Assembly: GCA_045632465.1 (NCBI GenBank)
Contig: JAZQWS010000180.1
Coordinates: forward strand, 1-59,013
Length of the DNA: 59,013 bases
Reading direction: 5' to 3'
Source: Eubacteriales bacterium
GTDB taxonomy: Bacteria > Bacillota > Clostridia > Oscillospirales > CAG-272
Shown: positions 18,113 through 27,742 of the stretch, in pieces
Layout of the letters: every line of letters starts with the position of its first letter
How positions within the stretch are numbered: position 1 is the stretch's first letter
Notes under the pieces: generated by a model
Seen by the model: only the letters and a program-made list of their open reading frames with translations
What the model was told of the DNA's origin: nothing
Databases searched by the model: none
Translations under genes and position numbers: made by a program

Positions 18113-18579
18113 GCAAAAAAAAAGACACGCATCTTGGGTTTTTCGCGCTGATGATCGGCGGACTTCTCTGCTCTTTGCTTCTCGTTTTGATCCTGGATGG
18201 CACGCGATGGCTTATGCCGAGGGCGGGCACGCGGATGATCGCGGAATTTCTTCTTTCGGGGCTGGACGAGGCCACGGCAGAGGCACTTTCGGAAGAGATT
18301 TTTCTTTCGCCGAAGGGAGCGGGCGATTGCCGCCTCATTCGCATCGATACGGCGGAGCCCGAGAAAAAGCAATGCATCACGGCAGACGGGCGCATTCTGC
18401 TCCTTCCATCGAAAAAGCACTTCTCGGTGCGCATCACCCTGGAGATTCCGGGAGAGGCAACGGAGGATGGATTTCTTGCCTTCGGAAGCCTTCCGCTCTA
18501 CCCCGGCACGCGCATTTCGCTCATCGGCGAGCGCATGGAAGGCGAGGGGCTCTTGATCTCGCTTTCCCCACTTTCATGA
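18109..18579 (+). CDS. membrane-anchored protein, similar architecture to the preceding gene
   Basis: Overlaps the upstream stop (ATGA). N-terminal TM helix 'LGFFALMIGGLLCSLLLVLIL'. Confidence 0.45.
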   Translation: MSKKKDTHLGFFALMIGGLLCSLLLVLILDGTRWLMPRAGTRMIAEFLLSGLDEATAEALSEEIFLSPKGAGDCRLIRIDTAEPEKKQCITADGRILLLPSKKHFSVRITLEIPGEATEDGFLAFGSLPLYPGTRISLIGERMEGEGLLISLSPLS

Positions 18580-18701
18580 AAAAAACGATAAGGCAGAAGA
18601 TTTTTTGCGGGTATTTTTGTCATTTTTATTGTCACTCTCACCAAAACGGAGGAAAAAACTTCGCTATAATAAAGTATTTTTCACAATCTTTCAAAAGACT
18701 A

Positions 18702-18730
18702 TTGATTTTTTTGTATAAATTTGATATACT
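18702..18730 (+). promoter_or_regulatory. sigA-type promoter of ptsH
   Basis: TTGATT (18702-18707), 17-nt spacer, TATACT (18725-18730) with TGa extended -10. Confidence 0.55.
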
Positions 18731-18761
18731 GTCATTACTGAAAAACCAAGGAGTCTATATC

Positions 18762-19025
18762 ATGATATCTTGCAATCTCCAGATCAAAAACAGCGTTGGT
18801 CTCCATGCCAGACCCGCTACCTTTTTTATTCAGAAGGCCAATTCCTTCAAGAGCTCCATTTGGGTGGAGAAGGAGAACTGCAGAGTCAATGCGAAAAGTT
18901 TGCTCGGCGTGCTTTCTCTCGGTATTACCAAGGGATGTACCATCACGCTGATTGCCGACGGAGCTGACGAGGCGGCTGCCGTTGAGGGCCTGACCGCATT
19001 GGTTGAGGGCGGTTTTGACGATTGA
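18762..19025 (+). CDS. ptsH: phosphocarrier protein HPr
   Basis: 'GLHARPA' (His15 site) and 'NAKSLLGVLSLG' (Ser46 site). 87 aa. AAGGAG SD. Confidence 0.9.
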   Translation: MISCNLQIKNSVGLHARPATFFIQKANSFKSSIWVEKENCRVNAKSLLGVLSLGITKGCTITLIADGADEAAAVEGLTALVEGGFDD

Positions 19026-19075
19026 TGATAAAGAGCGCCAGCTCTCTTATCCGTCTGACGAAAAAATTCCAAATT

Positions 19076-19177
19076 GAGAGCCGACTCGGGCGTGCGATCT
19101 CGGATGGCGAAGTCCTTAGGATTTCTGCCGCTTGATTCCGTTTTCATCGCATGGATGCAGAGTTGGCTCTCTTTTTT
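19076..19177 (+). other. long structured element / complex terminator between ptsH and uvrC
   Basis: GAGAGCCGACTC (19076-19087) pairs with GAGTTGGCTCTC (19160-19171, one G-U), followed by TTTTTT. It encloses 72 nt with an inner helix TGCGAT/ATCGCA. Confidence 0.45.
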
Positions 19178-19202
19178 CTACGCTTGTGAAAGGAGGTAAA
19201 AT

Positions 19203-21044
19203 ATGTCCACGATCGAGAGACTGCGCGAAAAGGCGCTTTCCCTGCCGCAAACCCCCGGCGTTTACATCATGAAAAACAAGGACGATCACGTGATCTACAT
19301 CGGAAAGGCAAAGAGGCTCAAAAACCGCGTGATCAGCTATTTTACCGACACCTACCACACGCCGAAGACCGAGCGCATGATCGCGCAGGTGCATAATTTT
19401 GACACCATTCTCTGCCAGACCGAGATCGAGGCGCTGACGCTTGAAAACGTGCTGATCAAAAAGCACACGCCTAAATACATCATCCGCTTAAAGGACGATA
19501 AATCTTACCCTTACATCAAGGTGACCAAGGAGCCCTTCCCGCATCTTTACGTAACGCGCATGCGCGAAAACGACAAGGCGCATTACTTCGGCCCTTATTC
19601 GGGCATGAGCGGGGCGTACGCCGCGCTGGAAACTGTTATGAAGATCTTTTCGCTTGCCTCCTGCAAGCGGCAATTTCCCAGAGATATCGGCAAGGAGCGC
19701 CCCTGCATCTACAAAGAGATGGGACGCTGTGTTGCCCCCTGTGCGGGCGCGGTGAGCGCGGAGGAATATACCGCACTCGTCCGATGCGCCACCGAGGTGC
19801 TGGACGGCCGCGTGAAGGACACGCGCGCCATGCTGGAGGAAAGAATGCTTGCGGCTGCCGAGGATATGCGATTCGAAGAGGCCGCGAAGCTGCGCGACAG
19901 CATCCGCGCCATTGACGCGCTGAATGAAAAGCAGAAGGTGGTTTCGGATGCATCGGTGCATCGCGACGTTTTCTCTCTTTACACGGATGAGACCGAATGC
20001 GTGATGGCCCTGCTCTCCGTCCGAGAGGGAGCGCTCGTGAACAAAAACGTTTTCCATCTCTCGGCTGAGGCGATCGCAGAGGAGGAAAGCATCATCTCTC
20101 TCGTTGCCGCCTATTACGAAACGGCAACCGCCATTCCGAAGCAAGTTCTTCTCGACTTTTCCGTCGAAGATGATAACTTAACTTTACTTTCCGACTATCT
20201 TTCGCTCTGCGCAGGGCGCAAGATCGAGGTTCGCATCCCCGAACGCGGAGATGGTCGTTCTCTCTGCAAAATGGCCGCAGAGAATGCCAAGGAGGCCGCA
20301 AGACAGCACAGACTTGACAGCGAACGAGAAGACAAGAATCTCGCAAGATTCGCATCCGTTCTCGGCATGCCTGAGCCGCCGCGCCGCATTGAGGCCTACG
20401 ATATTTCCAACGTTGGAAACGAGAGCATCACCGCATCCATGATCGTTTGGGAGGCGGGCAAGCTCAAAAAAAGCGATTACCGATCCTTTCACATCCGCAC
20501 AACGCAGGGCGCGGACGACTACGGCTCGATGCGCGAATGCCTGACGCGCCGTTTTTCCCATATTGGGGACGGAACGCCTTCCCTCTCCGAAACGCCGGAC
20601 CTGATCCTACTGGACGGCGGCGATGCGCACGTGCACGTTGGCCTGGAGGTGATGGCCTCGATGGGGCTTGAGATCCCGCTTTTCGGCATGGTGAAGGATG
20701 ACTTTCATAAAACGCGCGCGCTGACGGACGGAGAGCGAGAGCTTTCCATCGCGCTGGATCACGGCGTTTACAGTTTTATTTACAAGCTCCAAGAGGAAGC
20801 GCATCGCTTCGCCGTTAAGGGAACGATGGCAAGCAAGACGAAAACGCTCACGCATTCCTCGCTGGAAAAAATCGAGGGCATCGGCCCTGCCAAGGCGAAA
20901 AAGCTTCTCGCGGCCATGTCGCTTTCCGAGATCCGCGTGGCAAGCGAAGAAAAGCTCGCCGCCGTTTCGGGCATCAGCGCGGAAAACGCGCGCGCCATTG
21001 CGGCTTATTACAAGACTAAAAAAATGGGAGAAAAAAAGAAATGA
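19203..21044 (+). CDS. uvrC: excinuclease ABC subunit C
   Basis: GIY-YIG N-terminus 'PGVYIMKNKDDHVIYIGKAKRLKNRV', a UVR domain, and an Endo-V-like plus HhH2 C-terminus. Confidence 0.95.
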   Translation: MSTIERLREKALSLPQTPGVYIMKNKDDHVIYIGKAKRLKNRVISYFTDTYHTPKTERMIAQVHNFDTILCQTEIEALTLENVLIKKHTPKYIIRLKDDKSYPYIKVTKEPFPHLYVTRMRENDKAHYFGPYSGMSGAYAALETVMKIFSLASCKRQFPRDIGKERPCIYKEMGRCVAPCAGAVSAEEYTALVRCATEVLDGRVKDTRAMLEERMLAAAEDMRFEEAAKLRDSIRAIDALNEKQKVVSDASVHRDVFSLYTDETECVMALLSVREGALVNKNVFHLSAEAIAEEESIISLVAAYYETATAIPKQVLLDFSVEDDNLTLLSDYLSLCAGRKIEVRIPERGDGRSLCKMAAENAKEAARQHRLDSEREDKNLARFASVLGMPEPPRRIEAYDISNVGNESITASMIVWEAGKLKKSDYRSFHIRTTQGADDYGSMRECLTRRFSHIGDGTPSLSETPDLILLDGGDAHVHVGLEVMASMGLEIPLFGMVKDDFHKTRALTDGERELSIALDHGVYSFIYKLQEEAHRFAVKGTMASKTKTLTHSSLEKIEGIGPAKAKKLLAAMSLSEIRVASEEKLAAVSGISAENARAIAAYYKTKKMGEKKK

Positions 21045-21604
21045 TGCGCATTATCACCGGCTCCGCCAAGGGCAAAAAGCTCGTTACCTTAGAGGGCGAT
21101 GCAACCCGCCCGACCTCCGAAAGAATCAAGGAGGCAATCTTCTCCTCCTTACAGTTTGACATTGAAAACCGCGCAGTTCTCGATCTCTTTGCAGGCTCGG
21201 GACAGATGGGACTTGAGGCGCTCTCGCGCGGCGCGGCCTCCGCTATGTTTATCGACAGCGCGACCGAGGCGATCGCCGTTTGCAAGGAAAACGCCAAGCG
21301 CACGGAGCTTTTTGATAAATGCCGCTTTCTCGTTTCGGACTACCGCAACTTTATCCGCAAGGCGGCGGGCGATAGAAAATTCGATCTCGTTTTCATTGAT
21401 CCTCCCTACGCGATGGCCTGCTGTGCCGAGGCGCTCCGCCGCCTTGTGGACGCGGATCTTCTGCTGAAGGGCGCGCTCGTTGTGCTTGAAAGCGGCGAGG
21501 AGGAGATCGATACGGCAGCGCTTTCCGGCTTTGAGGTGCAGAAGGAAACACAGTACGGCAAGAAAACAGCGCTTCGCATCCTGCTCTATCGCGGAGAGGA
21601 CTGA
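21041..21604 (+). CDS. rsmD: 16S rRNA (guanine966-N2)-methyltransferase
   Basis: 'RPTSERIKEAIFS', 'DLFAGSGQMGLEALSRGA' and 'DPPY'. Confidence 0.88.
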   Translation: MMRIITGSAKGKKLVTLEGDATRPTSERIKEAIFSSLQFDIENRAVLDLFAGSGQMGLEALSRGAASAMFIDSATEAIAVCKENAKRTELFDKCRFLVSDYRNFIRKAAGDRKFDLVFIDPPYAMACCAEALRRLVDADLLLKGALVVLESGEEEIDTAALSGFEVQKETQYGKKTALRILLYRGED

Positions 21605-21605
21605 T

Positions 21606-22091
21606 ATGGAAAAGAAAAACATCGCGGTGCTTTTACCGGGAAGCTACGATCCGCCGACGAGGGGACATTTATCTCTCGTTATGCAGGCGGCGCACGAATA
21701 TGAACGCGTGCACGTGATAGCATTTGTGAACCCGCAGAAGACTTATACCTTTACCCCCGAGGAAAGAGAGGAGATGCTTCGTCTCATGACGGCGCAGATC
21801 CCGAACGTTACCGTTGGGTTTTCCGATGGGCTCGTGATCGATTACGCAAGGAAAAACGGCATTTCCCTTCTGATCAAGGGATACCGCAACGAGACCGATC
21901 TCGCCTACGAAAAAACGCAAGCAGACTGGAATCTCCAAAACGGCGGCATCGAAACCCGTCTGCTTCCCGCCATCGAGGGAGAGGAGAATATAAGCTCCAC
22001 GGCGGCGCGCGCGGCGCTCCTTTCCGGCAAAAACGAGGCGCTTCTTTGCGAAAGCGTTTTGGATTTTATTAAAAAGCGCAAAAAAACTTGA
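21606..22091 (+). CDS. coaD: phosphopantetheine adenylyltransferase
   Basis: Start 'MEKKNIAVLLPGSYDPPTRGHL' (nucleotidyltransferase H/T.GH motif) and 'ISSTAAR' near the C-terminus. The track's N-terminal extension overlaps rsmD. Confidence 0.9.
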   Translation: MEKKNIAVLLPGSYDPPTRGHLSLVMQAAHEYERVHVIAFVNPQKTYTFTPEEREEMLRLMTAQIPNVTVGFSDGLVIDYARKNGISLLIKGYRNETDLAYEKTQADWNLQNGGIETRLLPAIEGEENISSTAARAALLSGKNEALLCESVLDFIKKRKKT

Positions 22092-22116
22092 CAAACGTAT
22101 TTTTATGTTATATAAT
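22088..22116 (+). promoter_or_regulatory. consensus sigA promoter of pheST
   Basis: TTGACA (22088-22093, overlapping the coaD stop), 17-nt spacer, TATAAT (22111-22116). Confidence 0.65.
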
Positions 22117-22159
22117 AAACACTTGTAAATATCTAAAATTTTAAGGACGGATTCCGAAA

Positions 22160-23182
22160 ATGAAGGAAAGAATCGAACAACTGAAAATCGAATTCAACCA
22201 AGCGCTTGCGGCCGCCGCCACTGAGGACGCGCTGGAGGCTCTGCGCGTTGCATACCTTGGTAAAAAGGGCGCGATCGCCGATCTGATGAAGGATCTGCGC
22301 AACGTTGAGGACAAGAAGAGCGCCGGCCAATGGATCAACGATTTCAAAACGCTGGTTGAGGGCGAGATCAACGCCGCCGCCACCGCGCTGAAGGAGGCCG
22401 CTATCAAGGCGCAGATCCGCAGCGCAAAGAAGCTGAACCCCACGCTTCTTGCAGAGCGCGAGCTGGGCTCCTATCACCCCATCACCCTTTGCACCAAGGA
22501 TCTTGAGGAGATCTTTATGGGCATGGGCTTTACCATTGAGGATTACTCCGAGATCGTGACCGACTACGAGTGCTTCGAGGCTCTGAACATCCCCAAGCAC
22601 CACCCCGCAAGAGATATGCAGGATACCTACTATCTCGACAACGGTCAGCTTCTCAAGACGCATACCTCCGCGGCACAGAACGCCATCATGAAGAAGTACG
22701 GCGCACCCCTGCGCGCGATCTTCCCCGGCCGCTGCTTCCGCAACGAATCGACCGACGCATGCCACGAGAACACCTTCTTCCAGATGGAGGGCATGATGAT
22801 CGACGAAAACATTTCGATTTCCAACCTCATTTACTTCATGAAGACGATGCTCTCTCAGGTATTCAAGAGAGACATCAAGGTAAGACTTCGCCCCGGCTTC
22901 TTCCCCTTCGTTGAGCCCGGCTTTGAGCTGGATATCAACTGCCTGATCTGCGGCGGCGAGGGATGCCCCTCCTGCAAAAACTCCGGCTGGCTGGAGCTTT
23001 GCCCCTGCGGCATGATCCACCCGAACGTTCTGCGCGACGGCGGTATCGACACCGAGAAGTACACCGGCTTTGCCTTTGGTCTGGGACTGACACGTCTCGC
23101 CATGATGCGCTACGGCGTGAAGGACATCCGCGATTTCAACAGCGGAAGCCTCAAGGCACTCTCGCAGTTCAAATCGCTCTAA
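22160..23182 (+). CDS. pheS: phenylalanine--tRNA ligase alpha subunit
   Basis: Class II aaRS motifs ('HPARDMQDTYY', 'FRNESTDACHENTFFQMEG', 'GFAFGLGLTRLAM'). Confidence 0.95.
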   Translation: MKERIEQLKIEFNQALAAAATEDALEALRVAYLGKKGAIADLMKDLRNVEDKKSAGQWINDFKTLVEGEINAAATALKEAAIKAQIRSAKKLNPTLLAERELGSYHPITLCTKDLEEIFMGMGFTIEDYSEIVTDYECFEALNIPKHHPARDMQDTYYLDNGQLLKTHTSAAQNAIMKKYGAPLRAIFPGRCFRNESTDACHENTFFQMEGMMIDENISISNLIYFMKTMLSQVFKRDIKVRLRPGFFPFVEPGFELDINCLICGGEGCPSCKNSGWLELCPCGMIHPNVLRDGGIDTEKYTGFAFGLGLTRLAMMRYGVKDIRDFNSGSLKALSQFKSL

Positions 23183-23212
23183 GCGGCTAAGTTCTAAGGA
23201 GGTTATTACAGA

Positions 23213-25582
23213 ATGTTTCTTTCTATGAATTGGATCGGAGATTTCGTTGATTTCTCCGGACTGGATAAAAAATCCCTCATCCGCAACTTCACCCTTTCCA
23301 CCGCTGAGGTGGAGGACATCATCGTGAAGGGCGAGGATACCTACGGCGTTATCGTTGCCAAGATCGAGAGCATCGAAAACCACCCCAACTCCAAAAAGCT
23401 CCACCTTCTTAAGGTGAACACGGGCAAGGACGTGATCGACGTTGTTTGCGGCGCGCCCAACGTTCGCGTTGGCATGAAGGTTGCGCTTGCAACGGTTGGC
23501 GGCGCGGTTTGCGGCCATCCGATCGCAGAGGCCACCATCGCAGGCTTCCCCTCCTTCGGTATGTGTTGCCCCGAGGCTGAGCTCGGCATCAGCGATGACA
23601 ACAGCGGTATCTGGGATATTACCGACGACATCGCGCTCGGCACGGACATCAAGACCGTTTACCCCATTGACGATATTATCTTCGAGGTTGACAACAAGTC
23701 CCTCACCAACCGCCCCGACCTCTGGAGCCATTACGGTATGGCAAGAGAATTCGCAACGCTGACCGGCAGAGAGCTGAAGAAGCCCACGCTTGAGGACCTG
23801 AAGCAGTACGATGCGCTTCCCGGCGTTGACGTGCAGGTGAAGGACGGCGATCTCTGCCTTCGCTACACCGCGATCAAGGTTGAGAACGTGCAGAGAAAGG
23901 TGAGCCCCGTGGCCATGCGCATCCGCCTCTTCTATTGCGGAAGCCGCGCCATCAACTTCCTTGCAGACCTTACCAACTACGTTATGCTTGAGCTTGGCCA
24001 GCCGATGCACGCATTCGACTGCGCTAAGGTAAATAAGATCGAGGTTCAGACCTTTGCCGATCCCTTTGTTTTCCGCACGCTGGACGGCACCGATCGCAAC
24101 ATGGATGACAAGATGCTGATGATCACCAGCGGCAACGCTCCCGTTGCGATCGCAGGTATCATGGGCGGCGACGAATCCAAGATCGAGGACGGCACCTCCT
24201 CTCTGCTTCTTGAGAGCGCAACCTTCGACGGCGTTAGCATCCGCAAGACCAGCACCCGCCTCGGTCTGCGCACGGACGCTTCCATGCGCTACGAGAAGAT
24301 GCTCGACCCCGAGCTTTGCCCCATCGCAACCGAGAGACTTCTTGCGCTCCTTCTTTCGCTTGACGAGGGCGCGAAGGTTATCTCCTCCTTTACCGATTGC
24401 TACATGAAGCACTATCCCACGATCGAGCTTTCCTTCGATAAGAGATACGTGGACAGATACACCGGCATTGACATCACCATCGAAGAGATCACCAAGACGC
24501 TGACCGCGCTTGGCTTCGGCCTCACCGAAAAGGATGGCAACTTCACCGTTACCGTTCCCTCCTGGCGCGCAACCAAGGACGTTACCCTGAAGGCAGACAT
24601 CATCGAAGAGATCACCCGTATTTACGGCTATGATAACTTCGAGGTGAAGCCCTCCACCTCTCCCCTTGCCCCCAAGCTTCCCGAGAAGGCGAAGAGCGAG
24701 GAGAACCGCATCAAGGATCTGCTCGTTAAGAGCTACCGCATGCATGAGGTTCATTCCTACATCTGGTCGGATCTCGCGAAGAACAAGGCGCTCGGCATCG
24801 AAACGCCCGAGAACGTTCGCCTCATCAATGCGCAAACGCCGGATCATCAGTATCTGCGCGTTTCCATGATCCCCACGCTTCTTTCCTTCGTAAAGGAAAA
24901 CCGCGGCTATGCAGACACCTTCTCCATCTTCGAGATCGGCCACACCGTTGAGGGCTTGCGCGAGGACGGAAAGTGCAACGAGCAGAAGAAGCTCGGCGCC
25001 GTTCTCTTCAGCAGAAAGGACAGCGAAGAGGCGCTCTTCCTCCGTGCGCGCGATACCATCGTTGAGCTTTGCGAGGACATTCTTCACAAGAGCCCCGTAT
25101 TCACGCCCGCTGAGCCTGCTTTCGGCTTTGAGCATCCCGCGAACTGCTTTGCTATCACCGTTTGCGACACCGTGATCGGTTACCTCTCCGTTCCTTATCC
25201 CACCGTGAAGGAGAGCATTGATAAGAAGGCGCAGGTTGCCTTCTTCGAGATCAACACCGGTCTCTTCTCCGCCGTTTCCGCCGGCATGACCAAGTATGAA
25301 GAGCCCTCCAGATTCCCCGCAATCGAGATGGATATGACCTTTGTTTGCGAGATCGGAAACGTTAACTTCGACGCGCTGAAGGCTGCCGCCAAGAGCGCAA
25401 CCGATGCACCCCTGACCTCCGTGAAGGTGCAGGACGTTTACGAGGGCGAGGAGAGCGCAACGCTGACGCTCCGCTTCGCATTCTCCGCAAGCGACCGCAC
25501 GCTGACCAAGCAGGAGCTTGCTCCCGCAATGGAAGCCATTGCGAAGGCTTACGAGGCTTACGGCCTCAAGGCTCAGGTATAA
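23213..25582 (+). CDS. pheT: phenylalanine--tRNA ligase beta subunit
   Basis: 789 aa. N-terminal tRNA-binding (OB) domain 'VVAKIESIENHPNSKKLHLLKV', B3/4 and B5 domains, and an FDX-ACB C-terminus. AAGGAGG SD. Confidence 0.95.
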   Translation: MFLSMNWIGDFVDFSGLDKKSLIRNFTLSTAEVEDIIVKGEDTYGVIVAKIESIENHPNSKKLHLLKVNTGKDVIDVVCGAPNVRVGMKVALATVGGAVCGHPIAEATIAGFPSFGMCCPEAELGISDDNSGIWDITDDIALGTDIKTVYPIDDIIFEVDNKSLTNRPDLWSHYGMAREFATLTGRELKKPTLEDLKQYDALPGVDVQVKDGDLCLRYTAIKVENVQRKVSPVAMRIRLFYCGSRAINFLADLTNYVMLELGQPMHAFDCAKVNKIEVQTFADPFVFRTLDGTDRNMDDKMLMITSGNAPVAIAGIMGGDESKIEDGTSSLLLESATFDGVSIRKTSTRLGLRTDASMRYEKMLDPELCPIATERLLALLLSLDEGAKVISSFTDCYMKHYPTIELSFDKRYVDRYTGIDITIEEITKTLTALGFGLTEKDGNFTVTVPSWRATKDVTLKADIIEEITRIYGYDNFEVKPSTSPLAPKLPEKAKSEENRIKDLLVKSYRMHEVHSYIWSDLAKNKALGIETPENVRLINAQTPDHQYLRVSMIPTLLSFVKENRGYADTFSIFEIGHTVEGLREDGKCNEQKKLGAVLFSRKDSEEALFLRARDTIVELCEDILHKSPVFTPAEPAFGFEHPANCFAITVCDTVIGYLSVPYPTVKESIDKKAQVAFFEINTGLFSAVSAGMTKYEEPSRFPAIEMDMTFVCEIGNVNFDALKAAAKSATDAPLTSVKVQDVYEGEESATLTLRFAFSASDRTLTKQELAPAMEAIAKAYEAYGLKAQV

Positions 25583-25609
25583 TATCCGAGGCTTTCGTAT
25601 TTTGAACAC

Positions 25610-25647
25610 AAAAAAGAAGGATTGCAGAACGCAATCCTTCTTTTTCT
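25610..25647. terminator. bidirectional intrinsic terminator
   Basis: An A-run, GAAGGATTGC (25616-25625) pairing with GCAATCCTTC (25631-25640), then TTTTTCT. It sits between convergent genes. Confidence 0.85.
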
Positions 25648-25663
25648 ATTTTCTTTTATAGGT

Positions 25664-26191
25664 TTAATTTTCTGCCGTCTGTTCTTTTTCCTTGCGGTAA
25701 CGGAAGATACCGACAATGGAGGAAATGATGGCGAGCGCCTCGTTCATGATACCGCCGACGGAGAATACGCAAATGTTATATGCAAGAACAAGCGCTGACG
25801 TGAAGCAAACGCTTTGGCGCAAGCGTTGCGGCGTTCCGAACGCCATAAAGAGCGTATTGAGCGCGAGAGCAACAATGATCAGAAGCGAGATCCATCCCTG
25901 CCAGGAAAGCGCGCCAAGCACCACCATGCAGATGGCAAGCAGAACCGCCGCAATGCGATACGCCGTTCCTTTTTGGTTCTTATCAAAAAAGAAGAAAACG
26001 CCGTTTCGCACGAGGCAAACGATATTCAGGGCAAAGCCCGACATCGCGCCGAGAAAGAGATAGCTGAGGCAGGTTGAGAGCGTTGCCGCGCTCTGCACGG
26101 CAAGAAGCCCGCGCTTATGATTCACCTGATAAGAAATCGCCGTTATGACCGTTGCAACGATGCCGAGGATCTGGCCGATTATTTCATCCAT
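25664..26191 (-). CDS. YgjV-family inner membrane protein
   Basis: 175 aa with about 5 TM helices and an internal-duplication look. GAGGTG SD. The family call is from memory. Confidence 0.55.
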   Translation of the reverse strand: MDEIIGQILGIVATVITAISYQVNHKRGLLAVQSAATLSTCLSYLFLGAMSGFALNIVCLVRNGVFFFFDKNQKGTAYRIAAVLLAICMVVLGALSWQGWISLLIIVALALNTLFMAFGTPQRLRQSVCFTSALVLAYNICVFSVGGIMNEALAIISSIVGIFRYRKEKEQTAEN

Positions 26192-26242
26192 ATGTGTTCA
26201 CCTCAATGAAAAATCATATATATTGCAAATAATTATTTGCAT

Positions 26243-27616
26243 TTAATCATTTGGAATCAGGTTGATGACCTTTTTATTTATGCGGATGCGGCCGAAGATC
26301 GCAACGATCAGAACACCGAATTCCGCCATAGGAATCGCCCACCAAACCGCCTCGAGACCAAACGCAAAGGCAAAGAAGATCGCGAGAGGAACGAGGAAGC
26401 CGAGCTGGCGCGCAATGCTCATCACCATGGAGAGGACGCTTCTTCCCATAGCCTGGAAGAAGGAGCTGTTGATCAAGCTATACGCCGTGAAAAGATAACC
26501 AACGGCGATAATGCGAAGCGCAGGCTTGCCGAGCGCAAGCATCGCATCCGTGGGGTTAAAGAAGCCGATCAGAACGCCGGGGATGGCAAACATCATCGCA
26601 CTGCAAAGGAAGAGATAACCGAAGGAATAATAGAGCGTGTAGCGGTAGGCCGCGAGCATACGGCTCTTTTTCTCTGCGCCGAGGTTGAAGCTTACAATGG
26701 GCATCATGCCGTGCGTCATTCCGACAACGGGAAGGATAACGAAGCTTTGAAGCTTAAAATAAACGCCGAATACCGCCGTGGCAACGCCCTCAGGCTCAAG
26801 ATATCCGAGCAGAAGGTTCATCGAATAGGTCATGACCGAGCCGATCGCCATCATAATGATCGCCGGGAAGCCGATGACGAGGATACGGCGGATCTTTTCC
26901 CATTCCACCTTGAAGCCGCGGAAGCTTACCGCGATCTCCTTATTCAGGCGATGGTTCAGATAAATACCGAAGAACATGCTTGCGATCTGGCCGATTACCG
27001 TGGCAACTGCCGCACCCGCAACGCCCATGGCAGGAAGACCGAACCAGCCAAAGATAAACACGGGATCAAGGAGGATATTGATGATCGCACCAAGGCCCTG
27101 CGTGTACATCGAGAGAGCGGTTTTTCCCGTGCTTTGCATCAGCTTCTCAAAGATGATCTGCCCGAATGCGCCGAAGGAGAAGATACAGCAGATGGAGAGA
27201 TATTTCGTTCCGCCCTCAATGATCCCCTCCACAGCCGTTTGCGAGCGGAAGAAGGCCTCCGCCCCGAAGATGCCGACGAGGAGCATAATTCCGTAGCTGA
27301 TCGCCGAGAGGAAAATACCGAGCGCCGCATATCGGTTTGCCGCATCGCGCTTTCCCTCACCAAGGCTTCTGGAGATCAGGGCGTTTACGCCGACACCCAA
27401 GCCGGAGGCAATCGAAATAATGATATTCTGAATTGGGAAGGCCATGGAAACCGCGTTCAATTCATTCTGGCCGAGCATGGAAACGTAAATCGAATCCACC
27501 ACGTTATAAAGCGCCTGCACCAGCATGGAGGCAACCATAGGAAGTGCCATGCCGAGGAGCAAGCGATTCATGGGCATCACGCCCATTTTGTTTTCTTTTT
27601 CTATCGCTTTTGACAT
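26243..27616 (-). CDS. MATE-family efflux transporter
   Basis: 457 aa with 12 TM helices. The N-terminus 'LLLGMALPMVASMLVQALYNVVDSIYVSMLG' is typical of MATE/NorM. Confidence 0.88.
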   Translation of the reverse strand: MSKAIEKENKMGVMPMNRLLLGMALPMVASMLVQALYNVVDSIYVSMLGQNELNAVSMAFPIQNIIISIASGLGVGVNALISRSLGEGKRDAANRYAALGIFLSAISYGIMLLVGIFGAEAFFRSQTAVEGIIEGGTKYLSICCIFSFGAFGQIIFEKLMQSTGKTALSMYTQGLGAIINILLDPVFIFGWFGLPAMGVAGAAVATVIGQIASMFFGIYLNHRLNKEIAVSFRGFKVEWEKIRRILVIGFPAIIMMAIGSVMTYSMNLLLGYLEPEGVATAVFGVYFKLQSFVILPVVGMTHGMMPIVSFNLGAEKKSRMLAAYRYTLYYSFGYLFLCSAMMFAIPGVLIGFFNPTDAMLALGKPALRIIAVGYLFTAYSLINSSFFQAMGRSVLSMVMSIARQLGFLVPLAIFFAFAFGLEAVWWAIPMAEFGVLIVAIFGRIRINKKVINLIPND

Positions 27617-27742
27617 ATTTTTTCCTTTTATTTTAAAAAATCCTTTTTATTGTATCATTTTGGGGCGAATTTGTCAACCGCTCAAAAGTAAAAATATCAA
27701 AATAGGATATGAAAGTGATGAAAAAAAGATAGGCAAAACGTC

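Noticed and set aside
22133-25609. 1158-aa ORF on the minus strand spanning all of pheS and pheT
   Set aside because: It is antisense to two unmistakable aaRS genes. It has no SD and an Ala/Gly/Leu/Val/His-rich low-information composition. That is typical of stop-poor antisense frames in GC-rich DNA.
26237-27613. 458-aa plus-strand ORF opposite the MATE transporter (His/Arg/Glu-rich)
   Set aside because: It is the mirror frame of a 12-TM transporter gene. Its composition is implausible for a real protein.
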